DNA from: Vezdaea acicularis
Lineage: Eukaryota
Assembly: GCA_026025075.1 (NCBI GenBank)
Contig: JAPEUI010000082.1
Coordinates: 1-64,000 of the forward strand
Length of the DNA stretch: 64,000 nt
Direction: 5' to 3'
Positions 48,903-62,110 of this stretch are shown piece by piece. The position numbers and the translations under genes were made by a program. The notes under the pieces were generated by a model. That model was not told the origin of the DNA and made no database searches. It saw only the letters and a list, made by a program, of their open reading frames with translations. The stretch's first letter is position 1, and the number at the start of each line of letters is the position of its first letter.

Positions 48903-49575
48903 CTTGAAGCTTGTATAAGTGAGAGGTCTAGTGCTCGATTGGGTCTCAAATGGATTATGTAGTTTGATGAAGGGAGATGGAGTGTGAAGTTTATTTCTAG
49001 GTACTAGTTCCGCCCGGGAGATCAGCGAGCCACGATTTCTGAGATTCAGTGAGGGTCTAAATGTATGGAACATTTGGTGTACCCAAGAGGTGAATGAAGA
49101 AGAGGATCGTCTTTAAACGTACCTTAATCTAGATGGTTGAACGCGCGAAGATAGCTATGACGGCTGCGTCTGTTCTCCTGCCCCATCGAAGACATCATAG
49201 TCTGCATCAGGCCAGGCACTAGATACCACATCATCGGAACCGTGCCACAAGGGGCTAATCCTACGTCGTCACTACGCGCGCTCCCTTCTGACCCCATTGA
49301 TGACGTCCGCCTTCGCTAAAACCTGAGAAGTCCGGCACCGATATCCGTCAATTATCGACGACCCCGCGCTATTTGGCGATTTGGGAAGTACGGTGTACCA
49401 GCAATCCCAGGGCTCTGAGCCCTACGGGTCAGATTCTCAGGACTGATGAACTATATGCAATGTCTCGGGTGGCGCCGCTGATAAGTTACGCCCCACCCTT
49501 AAAATTTCCGCCTTCCACGTGATCCTCCGCTCTCCGAATCTCCGCTCCGCCCTCCACCCCCGCCCTCCGCTCCGC

Positions 49576-50106
49576 TCATCTCAGCAACAACCTCACCACA
49601 ATCGCAACAAGCAAACCCCCCAATGCCGCCCATGCAGCTACCGCACCCGTATCGCAGCCCCTCCAAGTCCTCACAAACCATCCTCCCAACCCTCCAACTT
49701 CTTTGACCTCACATATCGTGCTCCCAACTACACATCCCCTCTCCCCACCACACTCAAGATGCCACCTCCAGCGCTCCATGAGCCGCCGCACGCGCCCCTC
49801 CGTAAATTCCGCATCGCTCTTGAAGAACAATCGCTGGTCGTTTGGGAGTGGTAAAGAGAGCCGTTTGCGCTCGAGCAGCCAGGACACTTTCAGGCGCACC
49901 CCGGTGTCGATTATGTGGTAGAAGTGGCGGTGCGTATGTTTTAGGCTTAGGGCGTCGGGGTAGGACAGGTATGTGCTGAGTAGTAGATGTAGCTCTGTTG
50001 GGAGTGAAAGGAGGGAGGGTGGTGTGTTGATGGTGGTGGTGGTGATTGTGGTGGGGGTGGAGAGAGGGATAACTGTTGTGACGACTTCTGATGATACGCC
50101 CATCAT
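49576..50106 (-). CDS. Small F-box protein with a C-terminal hydrophobic (TM) tail
   Basis: SLLSLPTELHLLLSTYLSYPDALSLKHT.RHFY F-box; VSWLLER...FKSDAEF...RWRWHLEC; C-terminal AALGGLLVAIVV. Confidence 0.8.
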   Translation of the reverse strand: MMGVSSEVVTTVIPLSTPTTITTTTINTPPSLLSLPTELHLLLSTYLSYPDALSLKHTHRHFYHIIDTGVRLKVSWLLERKRLSLPLPNDQRLFFKSDAEFTEGRVRRLMERWRWHLECGGERGCVVGSTICEVKEVGGLGGWFVRTWRGCDTGAVAAWAALGGLLVAIVVRLLLR

Positions 50107-50393
50107 GCGGCTTTGGGATTGGGTAGGAGGTTTTCAGTGAGCGGCCAGACCGAGGCTTTCTGAAGAGCTTTGTGTTCTAGGAAACTTATTTGCCGCTCAG
50201 GCTTCATAAATGCGCAGGTACCGAAATTGCTGCCTGGGGCGCAGCAGCGTGAAGCCACATCTACCAATTCTCTGAATTTCCCTATTTGGGACAAGGCGAA
50301 CTTGCATGGCTCAATTCACGAACAACGCCACCCCAGTTATTCACTATGTCTACACAATCACATCGTGTGAATTAAATCGAGAAGCATTCTAGA

Positions 50394-51407
50394 TCACTTC
50401 CGCGATAGCGCCGCAAAGCGCTTCTGCAGATCATCTACATCCGGGATCTTTCCCCCAACAGGGCCATTGCTCTCCTTTCCACCACCCCCACTATCCACAG
50501 CTTTGCTCTTCCCTTCCGACGTAGACGCCTTCTTCACCTTCGGCCCGGGCTTTAGATTCAATGGCGCGGGCAGCTTCACCTTCGGGCTCACGTTATCCGT
50601 ACTGGGCCCCTGCGGCGTGATACTAACGGGACTCTTCGGCCCAAAGTCCCTCGGTGGTGTCGCCCGACTCAGCTCATCCGTACTTAACGGCGCCTCCAGA
50701 TTCTTGACCTTCTGCCCACCCGGCGCATCGTCGTCGTCCTCGTCGTCCTCGTCGTCCTCATCCCCCTCCTCTTCCCCTCCCCTTCCTGCCGCCGCCTCAG
50801 CCGCATGCCGTCCCTTCGGCCAATCGACCCCATACGTCCTAGCAATCTCCTCTAAGTATGCTTTGACTAGCGTCTCCTTTGGCGGTTCGACCCGCAGCCT
50901 ACTCAACACGCGCTCCGCGACCTTGCCATCCGAGTTCTCTACCGCCTGCAGCGCAAAGTCCTTCCCATACTTCTCCATTAGCAGCGCTCGCACTTGCTGC
51001 AGCTCCTTGATCTCTGTGCGCGGCGCGGCGTAGATGATACTCTTGACGGGCTCCTCGAGGCCGGGGTCGCAGTCTTTGCTCTCCATCAGCCCGATGCGTG
51101 CGATCAGGAGTTCGCAGTAGAGTTCGAGGATCTCGAGAAGCTCGATTATGATGTCGGATCGGATTATGTTTTCGACTCTAATACGTGCGGATTCTTCTTT
51201 ACCTTTCTGATTGAGAGCGATGTGTTAGCTTGGAGCTTTGTAAAAGAGATATCGTTCGGGGACGAGGCTGCCTACATCGAGAAGCTGGGCCATTTCCCGC
51301 CGCTGCTGCTTGCTGATTGCATCGTCTTTTTGCTGCACCATCCGTAGGCGGCTAATGGACAGCTTGAGCTGTACTTTCAGCTTCTGGGTTAGGGTTGGGG
51401 GAGGCAT
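50394..51407 (-). CDS. IST1: ESCRT-III-associated Ist1; intron 51207-51275
   Basis: KLKVQLKLSISRLRMVQQK...RREMAQLL...ARIRVENIIRSD...ELYCELLIAR; C-terminal MIM motif DDLQKRFAAL. Confidence 0.95.
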
Positions 51408-51905
51408 CGTGAGAGGATTTGTATTGAAGGGAGCGGAGTGGTAGGTCGCGCAGTTAAGCTTGCGCAGCGCTTGGAGATTTATGGTGGGGCGGCTTGGTGG
51501 GGTGGCTCGTCCACTTGGTTACATTACAGGCAATGTCTCTCCTGACTTGAGCTTATTCCAAGCACAGCTCGAAAGCAGAAAAGAAGCCAATATATTCACG
51601 CAAACTAAAGGAGAAGCTTTATTATTCAACAAGCGCGTATTGTGCTACAAGCTCTCCAAACTAACGTTATAAATCAGGTGGATACCATGTACTTCCACAA
51701 CGAGCACTATCGGGGTCTGAGCTAAAATTACAGACATAAACGCACGCGTGACTGATGCAACAACAAGAGTGCTAACGTAAATATCCAAAGCTCGTTCGAT
51801 CGTCAATGTTTCCTGATCTCAATTGTCTCTCGTTAGTTCCCAAATCCCCTCATCCAGATATATTCGTGGCCCAGCCCTTTCCACAAACAATGCTCCACCT
51901 TTCTC

Positions 51906-52400
51906 TCAAGCTTCCATTGCAGTCCGTTTTGCCCTCTGCGCATCCTCGATTTCTTGATCCGAGTCTTCCTGCGAGTCTACTTCTTCGCTGCCAGATCTCC
52001 TCATGTTCATTCCTTTCTTCCATGCAATTCTCAAGAGAATCCTTTGGTGCCTGTTAAAAAGGATTTGAGACCCCAATTTGGTCCGGAACTTCTTGTTGAA
52101 CAGAGAGACGACTTCCTCGAACGAGCGTTCGGGCCGCTGGTGCGTCAAGAGGAAGAGATCCTGATCAAATGTGAACACATGGAGGGTGAGCATCGGCTTA
52201 GGTGGCTCTAGTGTCAAGTTGAAGGAACCCTGTTTATGGTACCCCTTTTGGAGGTACGAAGCGTATGCTGACATGCCCTGGGGAAGTTCACGTTCCGCAG
52301 AGGGCGTGGAGGCGAAGACATTCTGGACGAATGATACCGTTGACGGGGGAGGGGCCGCTTTCTCAACGATCGGTGAGGCTAGTAAGGAAGCGATATCCAT
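51906..52400 (-). CDS. Hypothetical 164-aa protein, possible Myb/SANT-like helix-turn-helix
   Basis: CAAGATGG start context. FTFDQDLFLL...RSFEEVVSLFNKKFRT...LFNRHQRI resembles a Myb-like repeat. Confidence 0.6.
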   Translation of the reverse strand: MDIASLLASPIVEKAAPPPSTVSFVQNVFASTPSAERELPQGMSAYASYLQKGYHKQGSFNLTLEPPKPMLTLHVFTFDQDLFLLTHQRPERSFEEVVSLFNKKFRTKLGSQILFNRHQRILLRIAWKKGMNMRRSGSEEVDSQEDSDQEIEDAQRAKRTAMEA

Positions 52401-53344
52401 CTTGGTGGGTGGTGGCAGGAGCCTGGTTTCTTGGGGTTAATGTTTGTGATGTTTGACGTCGGCAAGGACTTGATGATGATAGGTTTGCGAACTGCAATGC
52501 ATGGAAGTACGATGCCGCTGGAGATATAATGCGGGTCAAACAGTGAAGGTTTCTGGCTATGCTCTGCCGGAGGTGTGTCTAGGAGGAATCAAGGAGTGAA
52601 TGGAACTGGTCGTGGGAGGGCTTGATATAGAGGTAATTGTGGGTCTATCTTTGCATATGTTAAGTGTGGTGGAGAAATTCCGTGGTGATGACCAGTCCAG
52701 TTCCGTAAGAATGCGGGTTTCATAACTGATCAGAACCGCGGAAATAGTACCTATAGACAATGTTTTAGCTCCGAATATGGACACGACCCACTAAATACGT
52801 CAGCGTATAACTCAGAACACAATTACCAAGAAGGGCAGGCACGGTGAAGCAACAAGGCAAGAGGAAATCAGCCACGCATTAACATTTGCATATATACAGC
52901 TTTCCAGCGCGTGCATGAACACCCTAACTCTCCACGGAGATGCCCATGCAAAATATTCAGACCGTTTCACAATTCATATCAAAGTCCACCGCCATCTCCT
53001 AACCCCAGAATCAATAAGGGGAAATCAGGAATTCAACACTTCCAAGCGCTTCTTTGCTTTAGCCAGCTGAAACCAGCAGTAAGGTGCCGAATGTAATGTC
53101 GGGACTGTTCTTGTCGTTGAGCAAATGGGATTGAAAGAATGGTTGTAAAAGAACATATGTCAAGGGGTATATCAAAGTCTACACGAGAAATCCCGAAATC
53201 GGGCGTGCAAGCCTGCACAATTAGAATGTATGTAGTCGGGTGCTCCAAACCCGTAAGCGAAAAGAGCATGATGACTTGATCCAGTCAGCGACGGCTGGCG
53301 TCGATGTATATTCAACGTAGGAGGTTCGGAACCGCTAAGAGGGC

Positions 53345-54828
53345 TTATAGGGTAAAAATCGCCGCAGCTAGTGCACTCAATATAGCAGCGTAGGAGGAGA
53401 TTGCAAGAGCGGATGCTGCGCCCGTCTTTGTCGCCAATGGCGCTGACGGAGTATTGGTTGCCGACTGCGATGCTGGTAGTGAGGAGGTGGTAACATTCTC
53501 CACAAAGACATGGGGCTGGTAAGTGAACTTTGGCGTCGTCAGAGCCGTGTATACTGTTGGAGTGGAGAAAGTGGTAGTGGTGTTCGAGCTCGTAGGGGTG
53601 AAGACGGACGTTGATGAAGTCGTAGAAGTAGTAGAAGAAGAAGAGGTCGATGAAGTGGTGCTCGTTGTCTTTGGTGGCGGAGGCGGGGTGCTCGAAGAGG
53701 ATGAAGTCGACGAGGACGAGGACGTGGATGAAGGCTTAGCAGAAGACGATGGCTTGCTGCTACCGCTGCTGCCACCACCACTCCCTCCTGAAACAACATA
53801 CACGGCCTTGGATCCCTTTGGAACGGTCACAACGCAGAAAGCGGCACCACCGACGCCGCCCGTGCAGCCGTCGCATTCGTTGACATGGTGTCTTGACGGG
53901 TCAATCCCGCATGGCAGACCGTTGCATCCTCCACCCTCACATTCGACATGGACACCCCAATTTGGCATCGTATCCTTGAACGGCGTAGCCGGCTCGAGGT
54001 AGATAGGGTTCCAGGCAACCTTGACGAATGTGTTTCCCGTTCCGTCCATATTGGCACCGCCTACATAGGGTGACCAATTACCAATTGGTTTGGCGCTAGT
54101 CCCCCATACGCAGGCATCATCTGTGGAAACACCGGGAGGATTTATATAGTAACTTCTACGGTTAGTGCATGATATCCGTAGGGGTGAAGACAATGACTTA
54201 CTGAGCAGCAGTTCCTGCCCAGTACGTTGTATCTGGAACAGCCAACGTGGCGGACCCTTGCACACAAGTAGGGATCAACATAGCCTCGTTGCCTGGAAGG
54301 ACAGTTTGACAGAATGCAACTTCCCCCCCGCCATCCACTCGCGCGCCAACGTTCCCCACACCATCTACACAATACGGTTTGTCGGGGAAAGGCTTCTGAA
54401 TGTTGCCGCTATTGTCGCAGAAAAGTCCGCCATTCTATATAGAATTAGTGATCAACTTATGCGCAACGGGCTAAGGGAGAATCCACCTGAGACTGAGGAT
54501 ATGTATACGATGTTGCGGACGGGTCCCATTGCGCCATCAGCTTCCCCGGTGGGCAAGCGTATGGGCAGTAGTGGCCAGGCAGACACGGTTGATCCGGGCT
54601 CATTGCCCATCCAGCGTTCTGAGAGCCTGGAGTGACCGCAACCAAGCCAGCATCAGTTGGAAATTGGCATTGCCCTCCTCGTTTCCCCAGACCACTCTCC
54701 GCTTGGGAGACGTGAAGTCCTTTACCGCGAGCATGGAACCGCTCATGCGAATGAAGGTGACCTTTTGCAGCGACACCTGTGGCCGACAAAAGCACCAGCG
54801 CAAACCCCCATTCAATTGTTCGCATCAT
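53345..54828 (-). CDS. SUN-family (GH132) secreted beta-glucanase, Adg3-like, probably GPI-anchored (exons 54828-54487, 54434-54202, 54152-53345)
   Basis: Signal peptide; CQFPTDAGLVAVTP..QNAGWAMSPDQ.C.PG.YCPYACPPG; HYYINPPGVS...CVWG...GNWSPYV.GAN; Ser/Thr stalk; hydrophobic C-terminus. Confidence 0.92.
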
Positions 54829-56171
54829 AGAGTCTGCCCTTCGCAATCGGGCGATTCTGCGATAGAGGCGCTTGGCCGTGACAATCCTCCCTATCCTCCG
54901 CGAAAGCTCGTTTCCTCAAGATGCGCGCAGAGCAGTGCAAGGTCGCAGACAGTAGTATCGATTTCAGTGGTTCAAGGAGCGTGAGGTCGAGTCGAAGTAG
55001 ACAAACATGAAGTGCGCAATGGCCGTCGAAAGGAGTGACTCAGGCCAGAGCAGAAAGGAACGTTTTTGCACTGCAAAGGAGGACCGTAACGACGCGATGG
55101 CTGTAGATGAAGAGGTTGAAAAGAGAAGACGAGGAGGGCGGCCCACGACGAACCCGTAAATGAGACTCCCGCGACAGAGGTGGGCAGCGGCACCGCAGCC
55201 AACGGGCAACAGGGGGCCTAACCCATTGAGATTGGGAGCTGCCTGCGATTGCATCATGGGCGCGGCGCGCAAAGCCAGCCGGTTGTGTGCCGTTGGGTGG
55301 TCGTCGTGGTGGGAGGACAACAAAAGTCGGAAATGAAGGGGGCTCGAGCAGCCAATCGCGGCCGATGATGCAGGGGTCCCGACGTGGCTAGCGCGGAGCT
55401 GCCCCTGTCCCGCATCCCCGTTTGACTTTCTCGCAGCGCGTCGGTCGCCGTGCAATCTCGTGTCTTCCTGTCTTTCGTGCTCGCGGATCAATTCAAACGG
55501 GCAAGTGGAAAAACAGCAGGATTTGCGAGACAGGCCCGGAGGATGCGATGAAGCCCTCATTTGCCCTCTGGCCGTGACAGGTGGAAGCATCTGGGCCTGC
55601 CAGATGGCTCTTGGCAAAAGCCGACGCAGTTTGACGATGACAGCAAGATGAAGGTCTACTTCTGCCAGACCAGGCCCCTGCTTGTCACTGGTTGTCGTCG
55701 CAGGTCACTCGAGAGCAAATGAACGGACGGAAGTCCCAACAGGAGACTTGCTTAAGAAAGAGAGAAAGGTTTGGTGTGACTCCACAGCCTTGAGATGAGA
55801 TACCAAGAGAACAAGATGAGGATGCAGCGCAGCACCCTCCCATCGACGGGGATCACCCAATACTGATGTTCAGTACAATGCATTCCTAATTGAGCAGAGC
55901 AATTAGGATCGAAAGGGCAAAAACATGTCACTGTTTGATCGTCCTGCAACTATCGATGAGACCAGGATCGCACTGGCTCTCGGCTCCACTGTTGCTGTTC
56001 GACAGGTGTGCGCGCAAAGGTCCCAACCCCAGCCAAGCTTTTGACACCGGGCCCGTTCGCTTGCTGCCGAGTCGCATCGCGCGTTCCTGACTCGCGTTTC
56101 GCCCTGCGCGGAATAGTGGGGTACATGGTGACTATCTACAACAAGTTTCAACGCATCATTAGAATCGCTCA

Positions 56172-57324
56172 ATGGATAAACCCACTCAGATTCCGGATCT
56201 CCGCTCATTACTTGGAAGAGGACGCGGTGCTCACCTACGTGGCCGTGGTCGAGCCACGTCTGGGAATCCAGCAGATGACCCAGGAGACCCCACTACTCGA
56301 CATACCAAAGGCCAGGACAAGATAGTCCAAGAGACCGATGATGATGCGAGTGTATCACGCATGAGTGCGGTGGAGCTAGGCTACCTCGATGATCCTTTCG
56401 CTGCAGACCTAACAAGGCACCAGACCCAGAGGAGGTTTCCGATCATCAACAGAGGTACGTATCCAGCTCCTGATCGGACTTGACCGCTGACACAGCATTA
56501 CAGGGACGTATGTACGCACAACCGCTGTCGATAAGATAGTCCATGACTATTTGCAGACCTCTCCGTCCACGGCCAAGCAAATCATTTCATTGGGCGCTGG
56601 CTCCGATACTCGATACTTCCGGATGACTTCGGACTACCCAAACGTGCCCCTTCTCTATCACGAGCTTGACTTTCCTACTGTGACCTCTCGAAAGATTTCT
56701 TTGATTAAGAAATCTCCTAGGTTGATGAACACCATCAACGCTAGGCTTTCCGGGAACGAAGCTGAGTTGGCACTTTCGGAAGATGATGGCTCCCTGTATT
56801 CGCCGACGTACAATATACATCCTGTCGATTTGAGAGACTTGCATGGTCCCAGCGATGAAGGAGAAATGAAACTACTCCGGAACGTTGACACGAACAGATC
56901 CACTCTTATCATCTCAGAGTGTTGTCTGGTCTATTTACCACCACATGCTGCAGATCAAGTACTGCAGTACTTCACTTGTCATCTTTTCCCGGAGACGACA
57001 TCACTCTACACGGCCATATATGAGCCTATCAACCCAGACGATTCTTTCGGGCGGGTAATGGTTCAAAACCTTGCAGCACGTGGAATCGTGCTACAAACTA
57101 TACAGGAATACGGAACCTTATCGCGGCAAAAAAGGCGGCTAGAAAATGTTGGTTTTACCGATAGCCAAGAAGCTCTCGACATCTCCATGGCCTGGGACCA
57201 ATGGGTCATCGGACCGGAGAAAGAGCGGATTTCGAAGCTCGAGATGCTCGACGAAGTCGAAGAGTGGAACATGCTAGCCAAACACTACTGCATCGCATGG
57301 GGCAGTCGCACGCGGGAAATCTAG
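56172..57324 (+). CDS. PPM1: Leucine carboxyl methyltransferase 1 (PP2A methylase); intron 56455-56503
   Basis: VQETDDDA..SRMSAVELGYLDDPFA, PIINRGTYVRT, QIISLGAGSDTRYF, SECCLVYL, LEMLDEVEEW.ML..HYC. Confidence 0.95.
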
Positions 57325-57991
57325 GCACGACTGATTGTTCTAGAATTTCTCTGCTTCTATAATCGTTAGGTTGAAGAAAGCTCATAGCTGGCACGGAACA
57401 GATCGGCAAATCGGATTGCATCGATTTCGCCCGTCTCTGCGTGGACGTCGTTGATTGGTTTGGGATAAGCTTCTCTCTTTCCCCCACATGCGACCACACG
57501 CACATTAGCGATGCGCACGTCGGAACTGCATGGAAAGAATCGACACCGCACTCGAGCTCTGCGAATACGTATCCTATGCCCCGAAATACTCGCTAAAGTC
57601 CCCAAAGGTGCGGTGAGCGGGAGCTGTCACCGTCGTCATAGGCGGTCGGCGCCGGCAGTAACTTCTTAAGATGTTTTTCTCGCTGATGAAGCTCGGGACC
57701 CTTACAACCCCTCAAATGCATGTATGCTCGAATCGACAACAGACCGCTATGAGATGCGACGGTGCGTAGCACCAAGGCGGTCAGCAATGCATCCGGATAA
57801 TATGGGAGGGAAAGGAGTGTGAGGGGAGTCTCAGGCATATAAGGGTGTTGATATCTCCATAATGGATCGCATCTTCCAACAACCACATTACTTACCAAGT
57901 GCAAGCAGCTTTCAACGATCACAGAACATACTCTCAACACCTAATACCCTTCTTAGCTAAGCTACCAAGCATATTCCCACCATCAATCACC

Positions 57992-58900
57992 ATGGCTCCT
58001 CCCGCAAGCCCCCTTCCTCCCCGCGAGAACTCTCCCTGGACATCCCAATGGCGCCATGCCATACCCCCTCGAGGAGTCCTAGATGGTATTGACTCCATAC
58101 CTTCGGTAAGAATTAAAACTCCCCCCTTTCCCTATAGTCGAACGATCTTGCCAACACTTCTGCCTCCAGAACCGACCCATCCACTTCCCATGAAGCCTTC
58201 CACCACGTTAGCGCTTCCATTTTAGACCTGTAATATTTGGGCGGCATTGTTGGAACGACAAAATGGGATGGGGGAAGGACTCAGGACTTCTATGGCGTTG
58301 GAATACTACTTAATCACGCCGCAAGGGCTTGTTCACTTAATCAATCGACAAACAACGACGACGACAACTAGAGATACAAGTAACCACAGGGGATGATTAG
58401 TGTAATATATAAACAAAATCCACCTTGAAAAACACCACCTTTCCATCTTCCCATGGCTGCAGTATCCATCCTCCTTCCATATCCTCGCACGCATACCCAT
58501 CTCCCACCACCTGATACAACCCCACCCGGTCCCAAGAAAATGTAATAGGAACATGACAGCCAACAAGAAGCCTGCCTGGCCTTTCCCTCGAGAGCACAAA
58601 GACGCAACCAAAAAGTGGAAGCTCACGTGCTTTAGTAGGAGAATCATGTGATGTCCGACTTTTTGCGTTTGTTTGGGGCTGGCGGTCCCCCCGGATAATT
58701 AACTGGTATTTTACCATCTGAGACGAGCACTTTTCTCGCATGCGAGGGGACCATTGGGGATGGGAATACCAATAACCTTTTTCTCGAGCGCGCAAGGGTA
58801 GCATGCCAAGGCTTCATGACGGATTCAAGAAGTCGATGTTATGGACTAAGCTTATCTCTCTAGTGGCGGTCACAAGAAATATGCGCTTCCATTCAACGAG
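57992..58900 (+). pseudogene. Possible degraded gene between PPM1 and BIR1
   Basis: Good start context (CACCATGG). The frame stays protein-like past several stops (...LALPF*TCNIWAALLERQ...ALEYYLITPQGLVHLINRQ...YINKIHLEKHHLSIFPWLQY...). Family unrecognised. Confidence 0.3.
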
Positions 58901-59141
58901 ACCCAGATCCTTATCGTCTAGACCAAGAAGAACGCCCGGAGAGGGGCTGTCCCGGTACATCCACCATCCCACTGCCCCAAGTAAACCCTGTTGAGAAAAC
59001 GTCCCTTCCATTCATTCATGACTTCTTCTACCTTCTCCATCTCACTTACGAGGCCCATCCGCACCCTCCCAGCTAGCCTCAACTCCGTCCCAATGCACTC
59101 TCCCACATTTCCCCATCAAACCAATCCCAATCGCCGCTGAT

Positions 59142-62110
59142 CTAGAGTGGACTGAGCACATGTACGCCCTCCAGCGCGCCGATCGCTCTATTTCCCTCTC
59201 TCTCGAAGATCCCAACGAGTCGTTCGCATTCCTGTTTTAGTTGTGCCTCCTGCTGCGCGGCGTTCCAGCGCACCCACTCTTCAACATTCATGCGCTTCTC
59301 CGGGCTACTAAGCTCAGGAACACCGCCGGTGGGCTTGTGAAGGGAGGGATTCTCTTTGTCGGATGCGGGCTGGAAGACTGCTTCGAGGTCGGCTGGATGC
59401 CAGGGGTTGGTTGATTGGAGTTGGTTGCCGATGATAAGGTTTCGCTTTGAGGGCGAGGCGCGTGGCGTGTTTCTGGCTTGAGGGATGACGGCGAGGGCTT
59501 GGAGTTGGGGAGCTAGGTTGGGGCGGGAGGAGGGCGGTTGGTTCTCTGCATCTGAGGATTGAGGGGATGGTGAGGGGGTTGCAACATGTGTTTTAGGGTG
59601 AGGAGGGTCTTCATAGACGATGGTTTCCAGGGCTTGTTTGGGTTGAGCCGATTGCTGATACGAGGCCGTCGCCGCGCCACGTTGAGGGGGGGTGGGTTCT
59701 TCACGGACAGGCGCCGCTACAGCTTGTTTGGTAATGGGTTTGGTTGTGCCTTTGCCTTTGCCCTTTGCCCTGGCTGTCTTTTCCTTCGCGGGTTTCTGGA
59801 CTTCCAGCTCATTGACGGCCTCAGGCTCATCTACCTCCATCTTGTCGGCTGGTATTGGCTCTGCCTGAGATACGGCCTCCTGAATCTCTACAGTCTGCTT
59901 CCTAGTAGTACGGCTGCGCTTTGGCTTTTCTTTGGCTGGTGCAGCCTGTTCTTGAGCAAGAAGGGATCCAGTGGTCTTTTGCACGACATCTTCGATAGTC
60001 TTACCCACTATAGCTAGTTCACTACCTTTCTCTTTCTTTGCAGCATGGTTCAGACCTTTCGCTCCACGTCGACACGTCGTGGCTTGACTTGCCATGCTCA
60101 TGTCTGTCTCATGACCAGAATCGTCGTTTGTTGAGAGAATAGACATGTCAATGTCAGAGGCGAGAGGATTAGCGCTCTCTGCAATGGGCAGAACAGAGCC
60201 CCGTGTACTCCGAGCGGGCATCCGCCGAGAGGTCTGCCTAGTTGCAGCACGTTTCGAAGGAGGTGCAGGTCTTGCAGTCGCCGCGGGTGAGCTGTGAACC
60301 GATAGCTCCTGTAAAGGTATTGATACCAGGGATGACTCAATTGCTGCTGATTTGTTGAGTTCCTCAGCTTCTCCAAGTGCCACAGCTTTAGAAGCTGCTT
60401 TCCTGCCTCCTTTAGCGGTTTTCTTACCCCTACTTGGTTTTGGATCTGCAGCTCGAAGGGCTTCTCGATCAGCCACCGGGGTATCGAACACCTCAACATC
60501 TTGAGCAGTCTTCCGAGTATAAGCAACTGAGGCAGTAGCCTTTTTAACTCCAGGGCGTGTTTTAGTCAACCGTCTACCCGCTGCCTTTGGCTCTTCCTCC
60601 ATTGCAGTGTCTTCATCATCAGTCAGTGGACGAGCGAGGTCGACCTCTAAGCTCTTATCAACTTCGTCATCATCAGGCTCTTCCATTCGTAAGGAAGCCT
60701 TAGATGCTGTAGATGTAGTAGAGACGTTGCGCGCCCCCGGCTTCGCAGTTGAACTTCGAGCAGCTCGGCTACCCCTCTTCGGTACGACAATCGCCTTAGG
60801 TGGCTCACTATCAACCATTGAGATATCTTCGTCACGTACAGCTGGCTGAACTGGCACCTCAGGAGGCTGGACCTGGGCAGAGAGAGTCCGGCTTCGCATA
60901 GCTCTTTTCTTAGCGGGCGGCATCTCAATTGGATTGTCTTGAACAGATTCATGAACGGAGTCGGCTTCGTCGCTCTTGCGCTTTTTACTTTTCTTGGCCT
61001 TAGTCTGTTTTGTTGGTGGGACCTTCACCTCAAAGTCTGCATCTTCCGGTTCCACAACGGCTGTTGCAGGCTGAGTCTCAACATTACTAACATCATCTGT
61101 TGTAGCCTGCTTACTCGGACCGGCACCCTTTGTCTTCTTACTCTTAAATTTCTTTTGGGTCATTGCTGATTCGGTACTTGTGGTTAGAACCGATAACGCG
61201 GTGTCGTCTCCCAAGTTGGTCCCATCAAGAATAGAACTTTCTGGCGCAACACTGAATAATGACACTGCCAATGACCTTGCTTTTGATACCCGACCTTTTT
61301 TGGTTTTAGCAGGCTTCGAAGACGATGTTGCTTGTTTGGCGAGAACGAAAAACAAGCAATCAGGAGAGCGCCGTTGATGTTCGTCCCTGCCTTGTCAGTG
61401 AACAATCATGGAAGCTGCGACCGGACGCTTACCTTGGGCTGTCCTTCGGCTCCCATCCATCTAGGCTCAAACAACAATACGGGCAAGTGACGTAATCATC
61501 TGATTCAGGCGTCGGGGTAAAAATCCAACCAGCCTCAGCCATCTAACCAGCAGAGAGTCAGTTCTAATCATAAACATCTTATTTCATACTTTGCTTACCT
61601 TTTCAATCTTTGGAATCCACCCCTTCCTATGCTCGTACGGCCAGAGATCTAAGAAGGTCGCTTTTCGGGCTTGCATCATTGTGTTGCTTGTTGGATCTTC
61701 CTCCTTCCGATCCTCTGTGCCGTTCCTGCGTTCAATGGTCATGTTGATAGCCCAGCCGCAGCTGCTTGAATGATGCAAATGCTCCGCAACGGGGTCATCG
61801 TCCTCTTCCCAGCCGTCGAGAGACCTATTGCACAAAAAACAAGTGACATTGTCGTCGGTCGAAGCTACGGGTTTGTAGTAAAATCCGGCTTTAGCAAGCT
61901 GTAGAGGTCAGCATCAATGATCGCAGAGGGATATCTACCGAGAAAATCAGCTGAACAGACCTGATCCGGTGAGGGTGTAATATGTGGCCACTTTAATCCC
62001 TTGGTGCCTTTGGTGCTAGCTGCCGATGGCCTTCTCTTTGGTTGATGGTGGGCTACCGCGAAAGACGCCAGGCGGCCTTCATAGGTATGTATAGCTTCTG
62101 GCGCCAGCAT
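59142..62110 (-). CDS. BIR1: Survivin-like chromosome segregation protein Bir1 with two BIR repeats (4 exons)
   Basis: RLASF...WPH...LAKAGFYY.P...DNVTCFLC...LDGWEEDDDP..EH...C; second repeat RKATF..WPYE...MAEAGW.FTP...DYVTC.YC.L.LDGWEPKD.P.DEH.RRSPDC; C-terminal EKRMNVEEWV...CERLV..FEREG.RA..ALE. Confidence 0.95.

Noticed and set aside
51386..51396. GGGTTAGGGTT telomere-like sequence
   Set aside because: Under two repeats and explained by IST1 codons (Pro-Thr-Leu-Thr).
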